NCBI GenBank assembly: GCA_001781555.1
Contig: MFLP01000030.1
Location: forward strand, 16,164-54,424
Reading direction: 5' to 3'
Source: Candidatus Kaiserbacteria bacterium RIFCSPHIGHO2_12_FULL_53_13
Lineage (GTDB): Bacteria > Patescibacteriota > Minisyncoccia > Phycocordibacterales > UBA2100
Length of the DNA: 38,261 nt
Positions 28,944 through 36,837 of the stretch are shown here, in pieces (within the stretch, counting starts at the first letter, position 1; every line of letters starts with the position of its first letter). Made by a program: the position numbers and the translations under genes. The notes under the pieces were generated by a model. It saw nothing but the letters and a program-made list of their open reading frames with translations, was not told where the DNA came from and made no database searches.

Positions 28944-29537
28944 TCACTCATTCTGTTCGCGATTTATGTTGATCGCAACATGCGCAGGACGCACGATTCT
29001 CTCGTCTATGCGATATCCCCGGCGCAAAACACGCGCGATCTTCCCGGGTTCGCCAGCCTCCTCGATTTCCTGCACCGCTTCATGCGCAGCCGGGTCGAAT
29101 GCATCGCCAGATTCTCCAAACGCACGAACGCCATGTTTTTCAAGGGCGGCCGTGAGTTGAGAACGTACATTCTCCATACCTTTTCTCCAGTTTGGGTCCA
29201 TCTTAGACCATGTGTCGCTTGCCGTAGCCATATCAAAACTATCCAGTGCCGGTATAATATCCTCTATGAGCGCGTCGCGCGTGCGATTTCCGGCCCGCTC
29301 CGCCATGCTAAGAGCTTCTTTTCGGGAATTGATCGAGTCTGCTTTGCATCTTTGCCAGCCATCAAGATATTCCACGCGCTCTTTTTTACACACATCGAGA
29401 TCGTCCTTGATCTTTTTCAGTTTGGCTTGGAGAGAGCCGATATTTCCGAGTTCTTCTTCCGGTTCAAAATTTATATCTTGAACAGTATCTTCTCGGGGCT
29501 CAGTATCTTTTTCATCAGCGTGCTCGTTGGAAATCAT
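28944..29537 (-). CDS. grpE: Nucleotide exchange factor GrpE
   Basis: R.KAD..N.RK, FDP..HEAV, V.RRGY....RIVRPA.V. Confidence 0.95.
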   Translation of the reverse strand: MISNEHADEKDTEPREDTVQDINFEPEEELGNIGSLQAKLKKIKDDLDVCKKERVEYLDGWQRCKADSINSRKEALSMAERAGNRTRDALIEDIIPALDSFDMATASDTWSKMDPNWRKGMENVRSQLTAALEKHGVRAFGESGDAFDPAAHEAVQEIEEAGEPGKIARVLRRGYRIDERIVRPAHVAININREQNE

Positions 29538-29623
29538 GGGTGGAGATTATACCACGCTCCTTCAAGCGAATCAAAAAACCTTGGGGGAGTTCCGTCTTCT
29601 CTAGCGCTTCGACCACTCGCGGT

Positions 29624-29692
29624 ACTGGGAAACCCACGGTTTTCCCATTCCTTCCTACACGGGGAACCAGCAGGTTCCCCGATCCCCTCCTC
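29624..29692. repeat. Tandem pair of imperfect 34-35-nt units, each with a GGGRAACC...GGTTYCCC hairpin
   Basis: Perfect 9-bp stem at 29660-29681 and near-perfect stem at 29626-29647. Confidence 0.75.
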
Positions 29693-29708
29693 GCCGCAGT
29701 GTCGCAAA

Positions 29709-30104
29709 CTAGCGTTTGCTCCACTGCGGGGCTCTACGTGCACCTTTCAATCCGAATTTCTTTCTTTCTTTTGCACGAGGATCGCGCTTGAGGAACCCGC
29801 GCTGTTTCAGGTCCTTGCGGAATTCCGGAGTTATCTCAGTCAAGACGCGGGAAATGGCATGCCGAACCGCTGTCGCCTGTGATTTGTGTCCTCCGCCGGA
29901 AACTCGAACTGAGACCGAATACGCGGATCCAGTGGCTTGCAAGGGAGAAAAAGCTGTTTTTACCATTCCAGGTAGAGGAAAGTATTCTTCGGCGGTTTTT
30001 CCGTTGACGACCATTGAAGAGGTTTTCGCCGGGACGAGGCGAACGCGGGCTGTCGCAGTTTTCCTGCGCCCGACCGCCTCTGTATATGTAAGTTTCGTTG
30101 CCAT
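29709..30104 (-). CDS. rpsI: 30S ribosomal protein S9
   Basis: GRRKTATARV, SGGG..SQ, RDPR.KERKKFGL..ARRAPQWSKR. Confidence 0.98.
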   Translation of the reverse strand: MATKLTYTEAVGRRKTATARVRLVPAKTSSMVVNGKTAEEYFPLPGMVKTAFSPLQATGSAYSVSVRVSGGGHKSQATAVRHAISRVLTEITPEFRKDLKQRGFLKRDPRAKERKKFGLKGARRAPQWSKR

Positions 30105-30106
30105 AA

Positions 30107-30463
30107 TTAGACCGTTATAGTGAGATTTTTCATCCGTCCTACTCGTAATGTGTTGCGGGGAAGCATACGCTCGATGGCACGTCTAAGCGGTTCACCGTGC
30201 CCTTTGCGCGCGTTTAAAGCTCCAAGACGCTCAGTCTTCAAACCGCCCGGATATCCGGAATACGTTGTGTATTTCTTCCCGAGGCGCTTTTTCTCCGGCA
30301 TCGATAGTTTCCCCGCGTTCACTATCAGAACCTTGACGTCAGATCGGATGTTAGGAACATAATCTGGAGACGTTTTCCCCATGAGTGTCTTTGCCGCTTG
30401 AGAGGCGACACGCCCGAGACTCTTACCTTCCGCATCTATCGTAAATTCAGTTTTTGCTGCCAT
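30107..30463 (-). CDS. rplM: 50S ribosomal protein L13 (short form)
   Basis: IDA....LGRVAS..A..L.GK, SGYPGGLK, MLPRN. Confidence 0.96.
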   Translation of the reverse strand: MAAKTEFTIDAEGKSLGRVASQAAKTLMGKTSPDYVPNIRSDVKVLIVNAGKLSMPEKKRLGKKYTTYSGYPGGLKTERLGALNARKGHGEPLRRAIERMLPRNTLRVGRMKNLTITV

Positions 30464-30470
30464 ATTTTTA

Positions 30471-30824
30471 TTATACGAATTCTATGCGTGCCGCTTCCAA
30501 AACCCGCTTCCCAACGCGGCCAAGGCGAATAACCCGGGTATAACCGCCAGCGCGCTTTGCAAATCGAGGGGCTATCGTATCATGAAGTTTCTTGACAGCA
30601 TCCGGTGCTCCACCAAGCTGCGATGAGACGGAGCGGCGGGAGGAAGCCGTATTTTTCTTGCTCGCCGAGACTAACTGCTCCACGAACGGGCGCAGCTCTT
30701 TTGCTTTGGATATCGTAGTGACGATACCTTCCCGAAGGACCAATGAGCGTGCGAGGCTGCGCATGAGCGCTACTCGCCCGCCATGCTTCCTTCCCAAGGT
30801 TCGACCTTTTTTGTGATGCTTCAT
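30471..30824 (-). CDS. rplQ: 50S ribosomal protein L17
   Basis: MKH....R.LGR, TT..KAKELR, R.GGYTR. Confidence 0.97.
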   Translation of the reverse strand: MKHHKKGRTLGRKHGGRVALMRSLARSLVLREGIVTTISKAKELRPFVEQLVSASKKNTASSRRSVSSQLGGAPDAVKKLHDTIAPRFAKRAGGYTRVIRLGRVGKRVLEAARIEFV

Positions 30825-30836
30825 AGCTTTTGTGTC

Positions 30837-31817
30837 CTACTGCGAACGGAGCGTAAGCCCGAGGTTGGAAAGCGCTCTCTTTATGTCCTGCAAACCTTTT
30901 TGCCCTAATCCTTCTATTGAAAGAAGGTCGTCTTCGCGTTTTCGCACGAGACCGCCGACAGTCCGTATGGAGGCATTGTCGAGAGCGTCCTCTACGCGCT
31001 GCGGGAGCTTGAGCTCAGTTATCCGCGTCTTCAGCACCTCGGCATCAAGCGCAGTTGCTTTTTCCTCCCGACCGCCCTCGCGCGCTCCGGCAGAACCGTG
31101 CGCGAGTCCAAGCTCCGCTACTTCATCTTCCTTAAATCCGACGATGGCCTTCAGCTGATGTATCATCGTTTCTATGGAGCGCTCCAAAGCTTCGCGAGGC
31201 GCGATCGTGCCGTCGGTCTCTATCAATATCCGCAAACGATTAAAGTCGGTCCTGTCGCCCACGCGCATATTTTCGACTTCATAATTCACGCGACGTATCG
31301 GAGAGAATATCGCATCCAGCGCAATGGTGCCGATATCAACACGTTCTTTCTGATGTGCTTCTTTCGGAATATAGCCCAGGCCTCTTTCGGCGCGCAACTC
31401 TATTTCCAAATTAACTTTTCCCGTGACTTCCGCGATGTGGCTCTCGGGATTCAAGACTTCCACTTGCCCCGGCAGTTTCAGATCGGCCGCCGTCACTTCT
31501 TTCGGCCCTTTCACGTTCAAGCGAATAGTTTGCGGCTCGTCAGTGAGCAATTTAAGTCGTATCTTCCTGATATTCAACAGCAAAGTAACAACGTCCTCCT
31601 TGACACCCTCTATAGTGGAAAATTCATGCGGAACACCCGGTATCTTCACGTGTGTTACGGCCGCGCCTTGAAGCGAGGACAGGATTATTCGTCTTAGAGA
31701 ATTGCCGAGCGTGTAGCCATAGCCCGGGTATAGGCCGTCGATCTCATATGTGCCGCTTCGTTCAGATTCCGAAATGACGCGGGGCTTTGACGGGAGCGCA
31801 ATGTGATAATCAGACAT
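30837..31817 (-). CDS. rpoA: RNA polymerase subunit alpha
   Basis: GYG.TLGNSLRRI.LSSL.G, HEFSTI.GVKED, DA.FSP..RVNY, alpha-CTD. Confidence 0.98.
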   Translation of the reverse strand: MSDYHIALPSKPRVISESERSGTYEIDGLYPGYGYTLGNSLRRIILSSLQGAAVTHVKIPGVPHEFSTIEGVKEDVVTLLLNIRKIRLKLLTDEPQTIRLNVKGPKEVTAADLKLPGQVEVLNPESHIAEVTGKVNLEIELRAERGLGYIPKEAHQKERVDIGTIALDAIFSPIRRVNYEVENMRVGDRTDFNRLRILIETDGTIAPREALERSIETMIHQLKAIVGFKEDEVAELGLAHGSAGAREGGREEKATALDAEVLKTRITELKLPQRVEDALDNASIRTVGGLVRKREDDLLSIEGLGQKGLQDIKRALSNLGLTLRSQ

Positions 31818-31877
31818 AAATAAAATAGTATCTTGTAATAAATTAAACGCCCCTAAAAATGATAAAAAGTGGCTGGG

Positions 31878-31886
31878 ATTATAGCA
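31878..31886 (-). promoter_or_regulatory. Extended -10 internal promoter upstream of rpoA
   Basis: TGC-TATAAT immediately after the rpsD stop. Confidence 0.55.
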
Positions 31887-32501
31887 CTATCTGCTGTAAA
31901 ACTCAAACACCGTCGGATAATCAATACCTGTCTCTGTCAATGAATAGGTCGGTTCCCCGACAACCTCCGCGCGCATCAATTCTGCATCCAGCACAACCCA
32001 CGCCGACTTCGCGCGACCTGGTTCGTCCGGATCGTTCAATTTCCCGAACAGCGCCTTGCTCCTGCTTCCTTCACGAACCGACAAGACATCTCCTACGCGG
32101 GCATTATACGAAGGAACGGTGATGCGCTTGTCATTTACCTTGATGTGTCCGTGCGAAACCATCTGCCGGGCGGCGCGGCGGGTAGGTGCGAAGCCCGCGC
32201 GGTATACGACGTTGTCCGCGCGCATTTCAAGCGCTTTGTGAAGCGAAGATGACGGGTCGGCTGTGGCAAAAGCCGTCTTGGCGTAATTTGAAAGCTGCCG
32301 TTCGGAAAGGCCGTATGTAAAACGCACGCGCTGTTTTTCTATAAGCTGCCGGCCATAGTCCGAGCCGCCACGCCTCCCGCGCCGCTCCTTTCTATTTTTT
32401 GAGCGTGCTTCCGAAAGCGCGAACTTCTGGTTCTGGCACTGTTCAAAAACAGCGGCGCCGAGGCGCTTACCTATCTTGTATTTTGATTTTACGGGAAGCA
32501 T
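31887..32501 (-). CDS. rpsD: 30S ribosomal protein S4
   Basis: SDYG.QL.EKQ, LE.R.DNVVYR.GFA.TR..ARQ.VSHGH, EFYSR. Confidence 0.98.
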   Translation of the reverse strand: MLPVKSKYKIGKRLGAAVFEQCQNQKFALSEARSKNRKERRGRRGGSDYGRQLIEKQRVRFTYGLSERQLSNYAKTAFATADPSSSLHKALEMRADNVVYRAGFAPTRRAARQMVSHGHIKVNDKRITVPSYNARVGDVLSVREGSRSKALFGKLNDPDEPGRAKSAWVVLDAELMRAEVVGEPTYSLTETGIDYPTVFEFYSR

Positions 32502-32515
32502 AGATTGTTTTTCGA

Positions 32516-32950
32516 TTATACTCGACGCGGTTTCGCAGGGCGCGGGCCATTATGAGGCACCGGCGTGTCATCGGCAATGCGCATAACATCGATTCCTTTC
32601 CCCGCAAAAGCTCGCAATGCTGATTCTCTCCCCGCCCCTACCCCGCGAATTATCACGTCGACTTCTTTGAGACCGATGATATTTGCTTTCTCGCCGACAA
32701 GTTCTCCGACCTTCGCGGCCGCGAACGGAGTACCTTTCTTTGCGCCGGAGAAACCGAGCGCTCCGGAAGAAGACCACGCGACGGTGTTGCCCTCTTTGTC
32801 TGCAAGCAGGACTTTCGTGTTGTTGTAGGTCGCATGAATATGCAGGGTTCCAGCCACGATGTTCTTTTTTGCAACTCGTGCGAGAGAGCGGGATTTGAGT
32901 CCCGCATCCATGCTGCTTCCTGATTTCCTGATGATGCGCTTTTTTCCCAT
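32516..32950 (-). CDS. rpsK: 30S ribosomal protein S11
   Basis: HATYNNT, KGTPFAA, G.GRESALR, D.TPVPHNG.RP. Confidence 0.98.
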   Translation of the reverse strand: MGKKRIIRKSGSSMDAGLKSRSLARVAKKNIVAGTLHIHATYNNTKVLLADKEGNTVAWSSSGALGFSGAKKGTPFAAAKVGELVGEKANIIGLKEVDVIIRGVGAGRESALRAFAGKGIDVMRIADDTPVPHNGPRPAKPRRV

Positions 32951-32953
32951 ATA

Positions 32954-33337
32954 TTATGTCTTCTCCAGCTTGCGCCGACCTGATGTCATAGTTTTGCGGA
33001 CGTTGCCCCTGGAAGTCCTGGAATTGGTTTTGGTGCGTTGGCCGCGGACAGGCAGATGCTTTGCGTGCCTCGAACCGCGATAAGATTTTATATCCTTGAG
33101 CCGCCTGATATTGCCGCTTATCTGCCTTTTAAGCTCGCCTTCGAGCGTGAATTTCTCTACGGCTTCGCGGAGCGCGGTTTCTTCTTTTGCCGAAAGGTCT
33201 TTCGGTCGCTTCCCGGCATCTATTCCCAGTGCCGAAAGTGTTGATAGGGCGCGTGGCCGGCCAACGCCGTAGATTGACGTAAGGCCTATGGCGAGACGCT
33301 TGCTCTCGGGGACTGTTACTCCGGAAATTCTTAACAT
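32954..33337 (-). CDS. rpsM: 30S ribosomal protein S13
   Basis: LT.IYGVG, YRG.RH...LPVRGQRTKTN.RT. Confidence 0.98.
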   Translation of the reverse strand: MLRISGVTVPESKRLAIGLTSIYGVGRPRALSTLSALGIDAGKRPKDLSAKEETALREAVEKFTLEGELKRQISGNIRRLKDIKSYRGSRHAKHLPVRGQRTKTNSRTSRGNVRKTMTSGRRKLEKT

Positions 33338-33352
33338 AATATTATATTCAAA

Positions 33353-33466
33353 TTAGCCCTGTCTTTGTTTATGGCGAGGATTGGTGCAAATAACTCGCAA
33401 GCGCCCGTGGCGCTTTACGTGTCGACAATGCATGCAGATTTTTTTTACTGAGGCCTTTACTTTCAT
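33353..33466 (-). CDS. rpmJ: 50S ribosomal protein L36 (not in ORF track)
   Basis: Hand translation [37 protein letters not shown], with Zn ligands C-C-C-H. Confidence 0.97.
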   Translation of the reverse strand: MKVKASVKKICMHCRHVKRHGRLRVICTNPRHKQRQG

Positions 33467-33487
33467 GCGTTAGAAACGTTGCTGTTA

Positions 33488-33694
33488 TTATATGCGCCTG
33501 GTGATCCGCGCACGACCGCCGTAGGGGTCAAGTTGGACTGACACCTTATCTCCGACAAGCACTTTAATTCTGTGCAGACGCATCTTGCCGGCGAGATACG
33601 CTAGAACGATATCGCCAGTTGCGAGCTTTACGCGAAAAAGGGTATTAGGAAGCGCCTCGTCAACGACTCCTTCCACAACCTCTGTATCCGCCAT
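33488..33694 (-). CDS. infA: Translation initiation factor IF-1
   Basis: EG.V.EALPN..FRV.L, GKMR...I.VL.GD.V. Confidence 0.97.
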   Translation of the reverse strand: MADTEVVEGVVDEALPNTLFRVKLATGDIVLAYLAGKMRLHRIKVLVGDKVSVQLDPYGGRARITRRI

Positions 33695-33707
33695 ATCTGC
33701 GCGTACG

Positions 33708-33736
33708 ACAATAGCAGCTTAACGCTTGCGCGTCAA
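33708..33736 (-). promoter_or_regulatory. Sigma70-type promoter of the infA-alpha operon
   Basis: TTGACG-N17-TATTGT with extended TGn. Confidence 0.6.
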
Positions 33737-33739
33737 GCA

Positions 33740-35110
33740 TTATTTGACAGGCTCGGCCGCTGCCGTCTCGATATTTATGTCGGAAGGATTCTGCGGGAAA
33801 GTTCCCTTCCAGAACGGTTCGATGCGCGCACGGGCTTCTTGTATGTTCGGGAATCCTTTTATTATCTCTTGGAACGCAGACTGGTCGCGGCCCGCAAGCG
33901 CCGAAGCAACAGCGTCAACATCGACGTTCCACACTATCTGGGCCGTGCCTCTTACTGCAAAGTCAAAGGAATCCTCTCCAAGCGTAGCGCTCGACGTCGT
34001 CCCGGACGGAGTCGCCGTCAACACTTCGCCATCGGCAGTTACGATAGTGGCATTTTCAGTATCTGCGCCGGCCATCCTTGCCACGGCTCCTGCGAAAGAA
34101 GAGGCGGACAATACCGGTATCTCGACATGCGCCTTTTCATGAATGCGAACGCCGCCGCCGGCTTCCGCGGTGGGCGTAAGAGAAACATATGTGATGCGCA
34201 TTAAGTCGGGAAATACCGTCGCCGTGGTGCTCGCAAGCGCGCGTGCGCTATCGCGCGCTTTGCTCTCAAGCTGCCCGCGTATTTCTGCACGCGCGGCATC
34301 AAGCGCGCCCGGCGCGGTAGAAGGCCGACTCCCTACGAATCCTCCGCTCATCGCGTTTTGCGAGCGCGCGTACACGCGCGCGAACATATCTGCATTCGAT
34401 TTCAGTCCCGGAAGCGTGAATTTAGCAACGGGGCCGACGTTGTATTTGTCGCCTGCCTCATCCGCAAAAACGGTGACGGCAACAGAACCGGGCGTGCTTC
34501 CGCGCTTGCCTGGGATGACAACCGCCGCCGGAGTGCGGAAGATAAGGCCGTCAGGAGTCGCAAAACGGGTATTCTTCAGAAGTTGAACGCTCGCGCTTGA
34601 ATAATCGTTGTATACCGTAATAGTCCCGCTCGCGCGTTCAGAAACCTGTTCAGAACCGCTGGAAGGCACTACCTTAGAATCCTCGATATCAATAGAGGAA
34701 ACGGTGTAGGAAAGCGCGCCCACGCCAAGATTTCCCTCAGGATATGCGGTGAAGCGCGATGTCTCGTTAAAAATAACCGCGCGCGAGACCGGTATCACGG
34801 TGACCGTCGTGTCGCGAAAAGCGAGGAGGGCAACAGCTCCGAGAATTAGCAGTGCTAAAAGCGCCGCCGCCCAGATCCATATTCGCTTCTGCGGGCCTCT
34901 CCCCTTTCTCTCCTCTCCTGAAGCTGACCCTGGGGACTGCCGCGTGCGATTCGCATCCGAATGCAGTCCCCGATGAGGAGGCACGGTAATATTGCGTATT
35001 GTCCTCTCCGAAGAAGACGCCTGGGAAGGCCTGTGTCCGGACGTTCGAGAGTTCGATCTGGAACCGCCTTCGGACTGGGACAATAAGTCTGCCAAATAAT
35101 CTTTAGCCAT
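33740..35110 (-). CDS. Single-TM protein with baseplate J/gp47-like extracellular region
   Basis: Disordered N-tail, TM (IWIWAAALLALLILGAVALLAF), ASGTITVYN...TRF.T.DG..FRT...V.V.A...G..YN pattern. Confidence 0.6.
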   Translation of the reverse strand: MAKDYLADLLSQSEGGSRSNSRTSGHRPSQASSSERTIRNITVPPHRGLHSDANRTRQSPGSASGEERKGRGPQKRIWIWAAALLALLILGAVALLAFRDTTVTVIPVSRAVIFNETSRFTAYPEGNLGVGALSYTVSSIDIEDSKVVPSSGSEQVSERASGTITVYNDYSSASVQLLKNTRFATPDGLIFRTPAAVVIPGKRGSTPGSVAVTVFADEAGDKYNVGPVAKFTLPGLKSNADMFARVYARSQNAMSGGFVGSRPSTAPGALDAARAEIRGQLESKARDSARALASTTATVFPDLMRITYVSLTPTAEAGGGVRIHEKAHVEIPVLSASSFAGAVARMAGADTENATIVTADGEVLTATPSGTTSSATLGEDSFDFAVRGTAQIVWNVDVDAVASALAGRDQSAFQEIIKGFPNIQEARARIEPFWKGTFPQNPSDINIETAAAEPVK

Positions 35111-35148
35111 GGTAGTGCCGTTCATTCTAGCACGTTAAATACGAGCGA

Positions 35149-36321
35149 CTATTCCTGCAACTCCTCTATGTTGACAAAACTTGCGGCAAGAGCGAGAGAT
35201 GTGTCGACTACAGCGTTTTCCTGCGTCTCTGCAATGCGGCCTAAATCACCGGGAGCAAGCGCAAGTGGAGAGAATGGCCGTGTTGTTATCGTGAATTGTC
35301 CGAAATCTACGCGCGAAAAGAATAGGCAAAGCCAGGGCGCGAATTCTGCTCTCACGATGATAGTAAGAGGATTCGGGAGATGTCTGGAGGATGCAAGACG
35401 GCCCATCGCCTCGCCGAAGATGCGTGCCAGCTCGGGCTCAATGCTTGCGAGCGCGGCGCTGAGCTTCTGGCAAGCATCGCTTTCGCATGCGTCGCGGGCT
35501 ATCATGCGCATAAGCGATAACGTTTCTTCGGCAGGCGCACTGGCGGATATCCGCTTCAGGATCGTGTTCGTCCCTTCAGCCACAAGAATATTTTCCATCG
35601 CGGCGTCTTCGTGAATGACGATGCAGTTCGTAGAATCACTTCCCATTTCGATTATTACCCTATCGAGCGATTGCGGAGCGCTTTCATTCAGCACCGAAAA
35701 AAGCGCGTGCATTTCCGAACGCAAGATAGGAGAGGATACGGAAAAATTGCGCTGCAATGTTTCTGTAATCCCTGTTCGGACAGCGGGCTCGCATCCGGAC
35801 ACGAGAGCTGAGATCTGGACTTCATGCGCGCGCTTGCCCGAAATATTCCGTGTTTTGTATCCATTCAATTCAATTGATATAACGCTGGCCTCGATGAGTT
35901 TGGAACGGTCCAATTGGCCTTCTTTCCCAAGCGCACTGCGTGCAAGCTTTTCTATGACGCTGTCCGTTATGCGCTCCTCCGTCGGGAATACCTCATTTGC
36001 CTGCAATGTTTTCGAACTGGTCCAATGGGAGTGAATTATCGCGTATGCGGAAACAACGGGCCTTGCGCGCCTTCCCGCATATGCCCCTGCGTATTTTTCC
36101 AATACTTTCTTGCATGCCTCGTCGAGGAGAGACAGAGCGCCGGAGGTAGCCTGTTCGGGAGTACGTTCTCCGAAAGGCAAGGATAATCTCTCCGAGGCAA
36201 GTATTGCTGCGGGCTCTCCCGGCAGAACGTGGATGATGGCGACTCCTGCGCTATCGCCTCCAACATCAGCGACAGCGATTACTTTTCCTCCTATCTTTCC
36301 CCCGGAGTGTATGCCGAACAT
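35149..36321 (-). CDS. Divergent FtsA/PilM-like actin-fold protein
   Basis: Phosphate-1-like AVADVGGDS, LNGY in the 1C-like insert, phosphate-2-like IIEMGSDST, VAEG; TATACT 8 nt before ATG. Confidence 0.6.
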   Translation of the reverse strand: MFGIHSGGKIGGKVIAVADVGGDSAGVAIIHVLPGEPAAILASERLSLPFGERTPEQATSGALSLLDEACKKVLEKYAGAYAGRRARPVVSAYAIIHSHWTSSKTLQANEVFPTEERITDSVIEKLARSALGKEGQLDRSKLIEASVISIELNGYKTRNISGKRAHEVQISALVSGCEPAVRTGITETLQRNFSVSSPILRSEMHALFSVLNESAPQSLDRVIIEMGSDSTNCIVIHEDAAMENILVAEGTNTILKRISASAPAEETLSLMRMIARDACESDACQKLSAALASIEPELARIFGEAMGRLASSRHLPNPLTIIVRAEFAPWLCLFFSRVDFGQFTITTRPFSPLALAPGDLGRIAETQENAVVDTSLALAASFVNIEELQE

Positions 36322-36375
36322 CGCTTAACAGTATAACAACCTAAGAAGTTAGGGGTTAGCGCCGGCGGAGGATAA

Positions 36376-36831
36376 TTACATTGTCCCAGTAATAGGAACG
36401 GTTTCCAGGGAGATTTTAGGCAGAGAAGGAAGACTTCCAAATTGCACATTGACCCTGTCAATCACATCTCCGTCCCTTTCAACTGAGGTAATAAGAATGT
36501 TTAGAACCTGTCCACGCGGAAGTTCGAGGCTAATCTGATTCGTCCTAGAAACTTCTTCAATGTACTTATTCACTCGGCCATCATCATGAAGAATTTCCAC
36601 ATCCGCTTTCAACACTCCTTTTCTCGTCTCACTGGTTCTATCTTCTTCACACCTAAACGTTAACTTGCTTGGCTTTTCGTGTCCATCCACGCGTATCTCA
36701 ATGGGTTGATTTATATCAATCCAATGCGACTTTAATCGTTCACCACTTCCTAAACTCGTAAATCTTTGCGTGGTCAACATTTCAATAACTTTGCCACGCT
36801 GTGCTGGCTTATCTTGCTTGTCAATACCCAT
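36376..36831 (-). CDS. Hypothetical beta-rich protein (AT-rich)
   Basis: 151-aa ORF starting 6 nt after the alaS stop; no recognised motif. Confidence 0.7.
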   Translation of the reverse strand: MGIDKQDKPAQRGKVIEMLTTQRFTSLGSGERLKSHWIDINQPIEIRVDGHEKPSKLTFRCEEDRTSETRKGVLKADVEILHDDGRVNKYIEEVSRTNQISLELPRGQVLNILITSVERDGDVIDRVNVQFGSLPSLPKISLETVPITGTM

Positions 36832-36837
36832 ATTTAT

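Noticed and set aside
29552..29708. Possible tRNA, SRP RNA, CRISPR array or CIRCE in the rpsI-grpE gap
   Set aside because: No cloverleaf or GGTTCGA arm, no SRP helix-8 pattern, only two non-identical units with no spacer, and no CIRCE consensus.
29515..29791. Small ORFs spanning the rpsI-grpE gap
   Set aside because: They overlap real genes and their sequence is explained by the GC-rich hairpins.
33740..35110. Prophage or contractile injection system suggested by the baseplate-like gene
   Set aside because: No other phage structural genes; the protein is membrane-anchored and sits among core genes.
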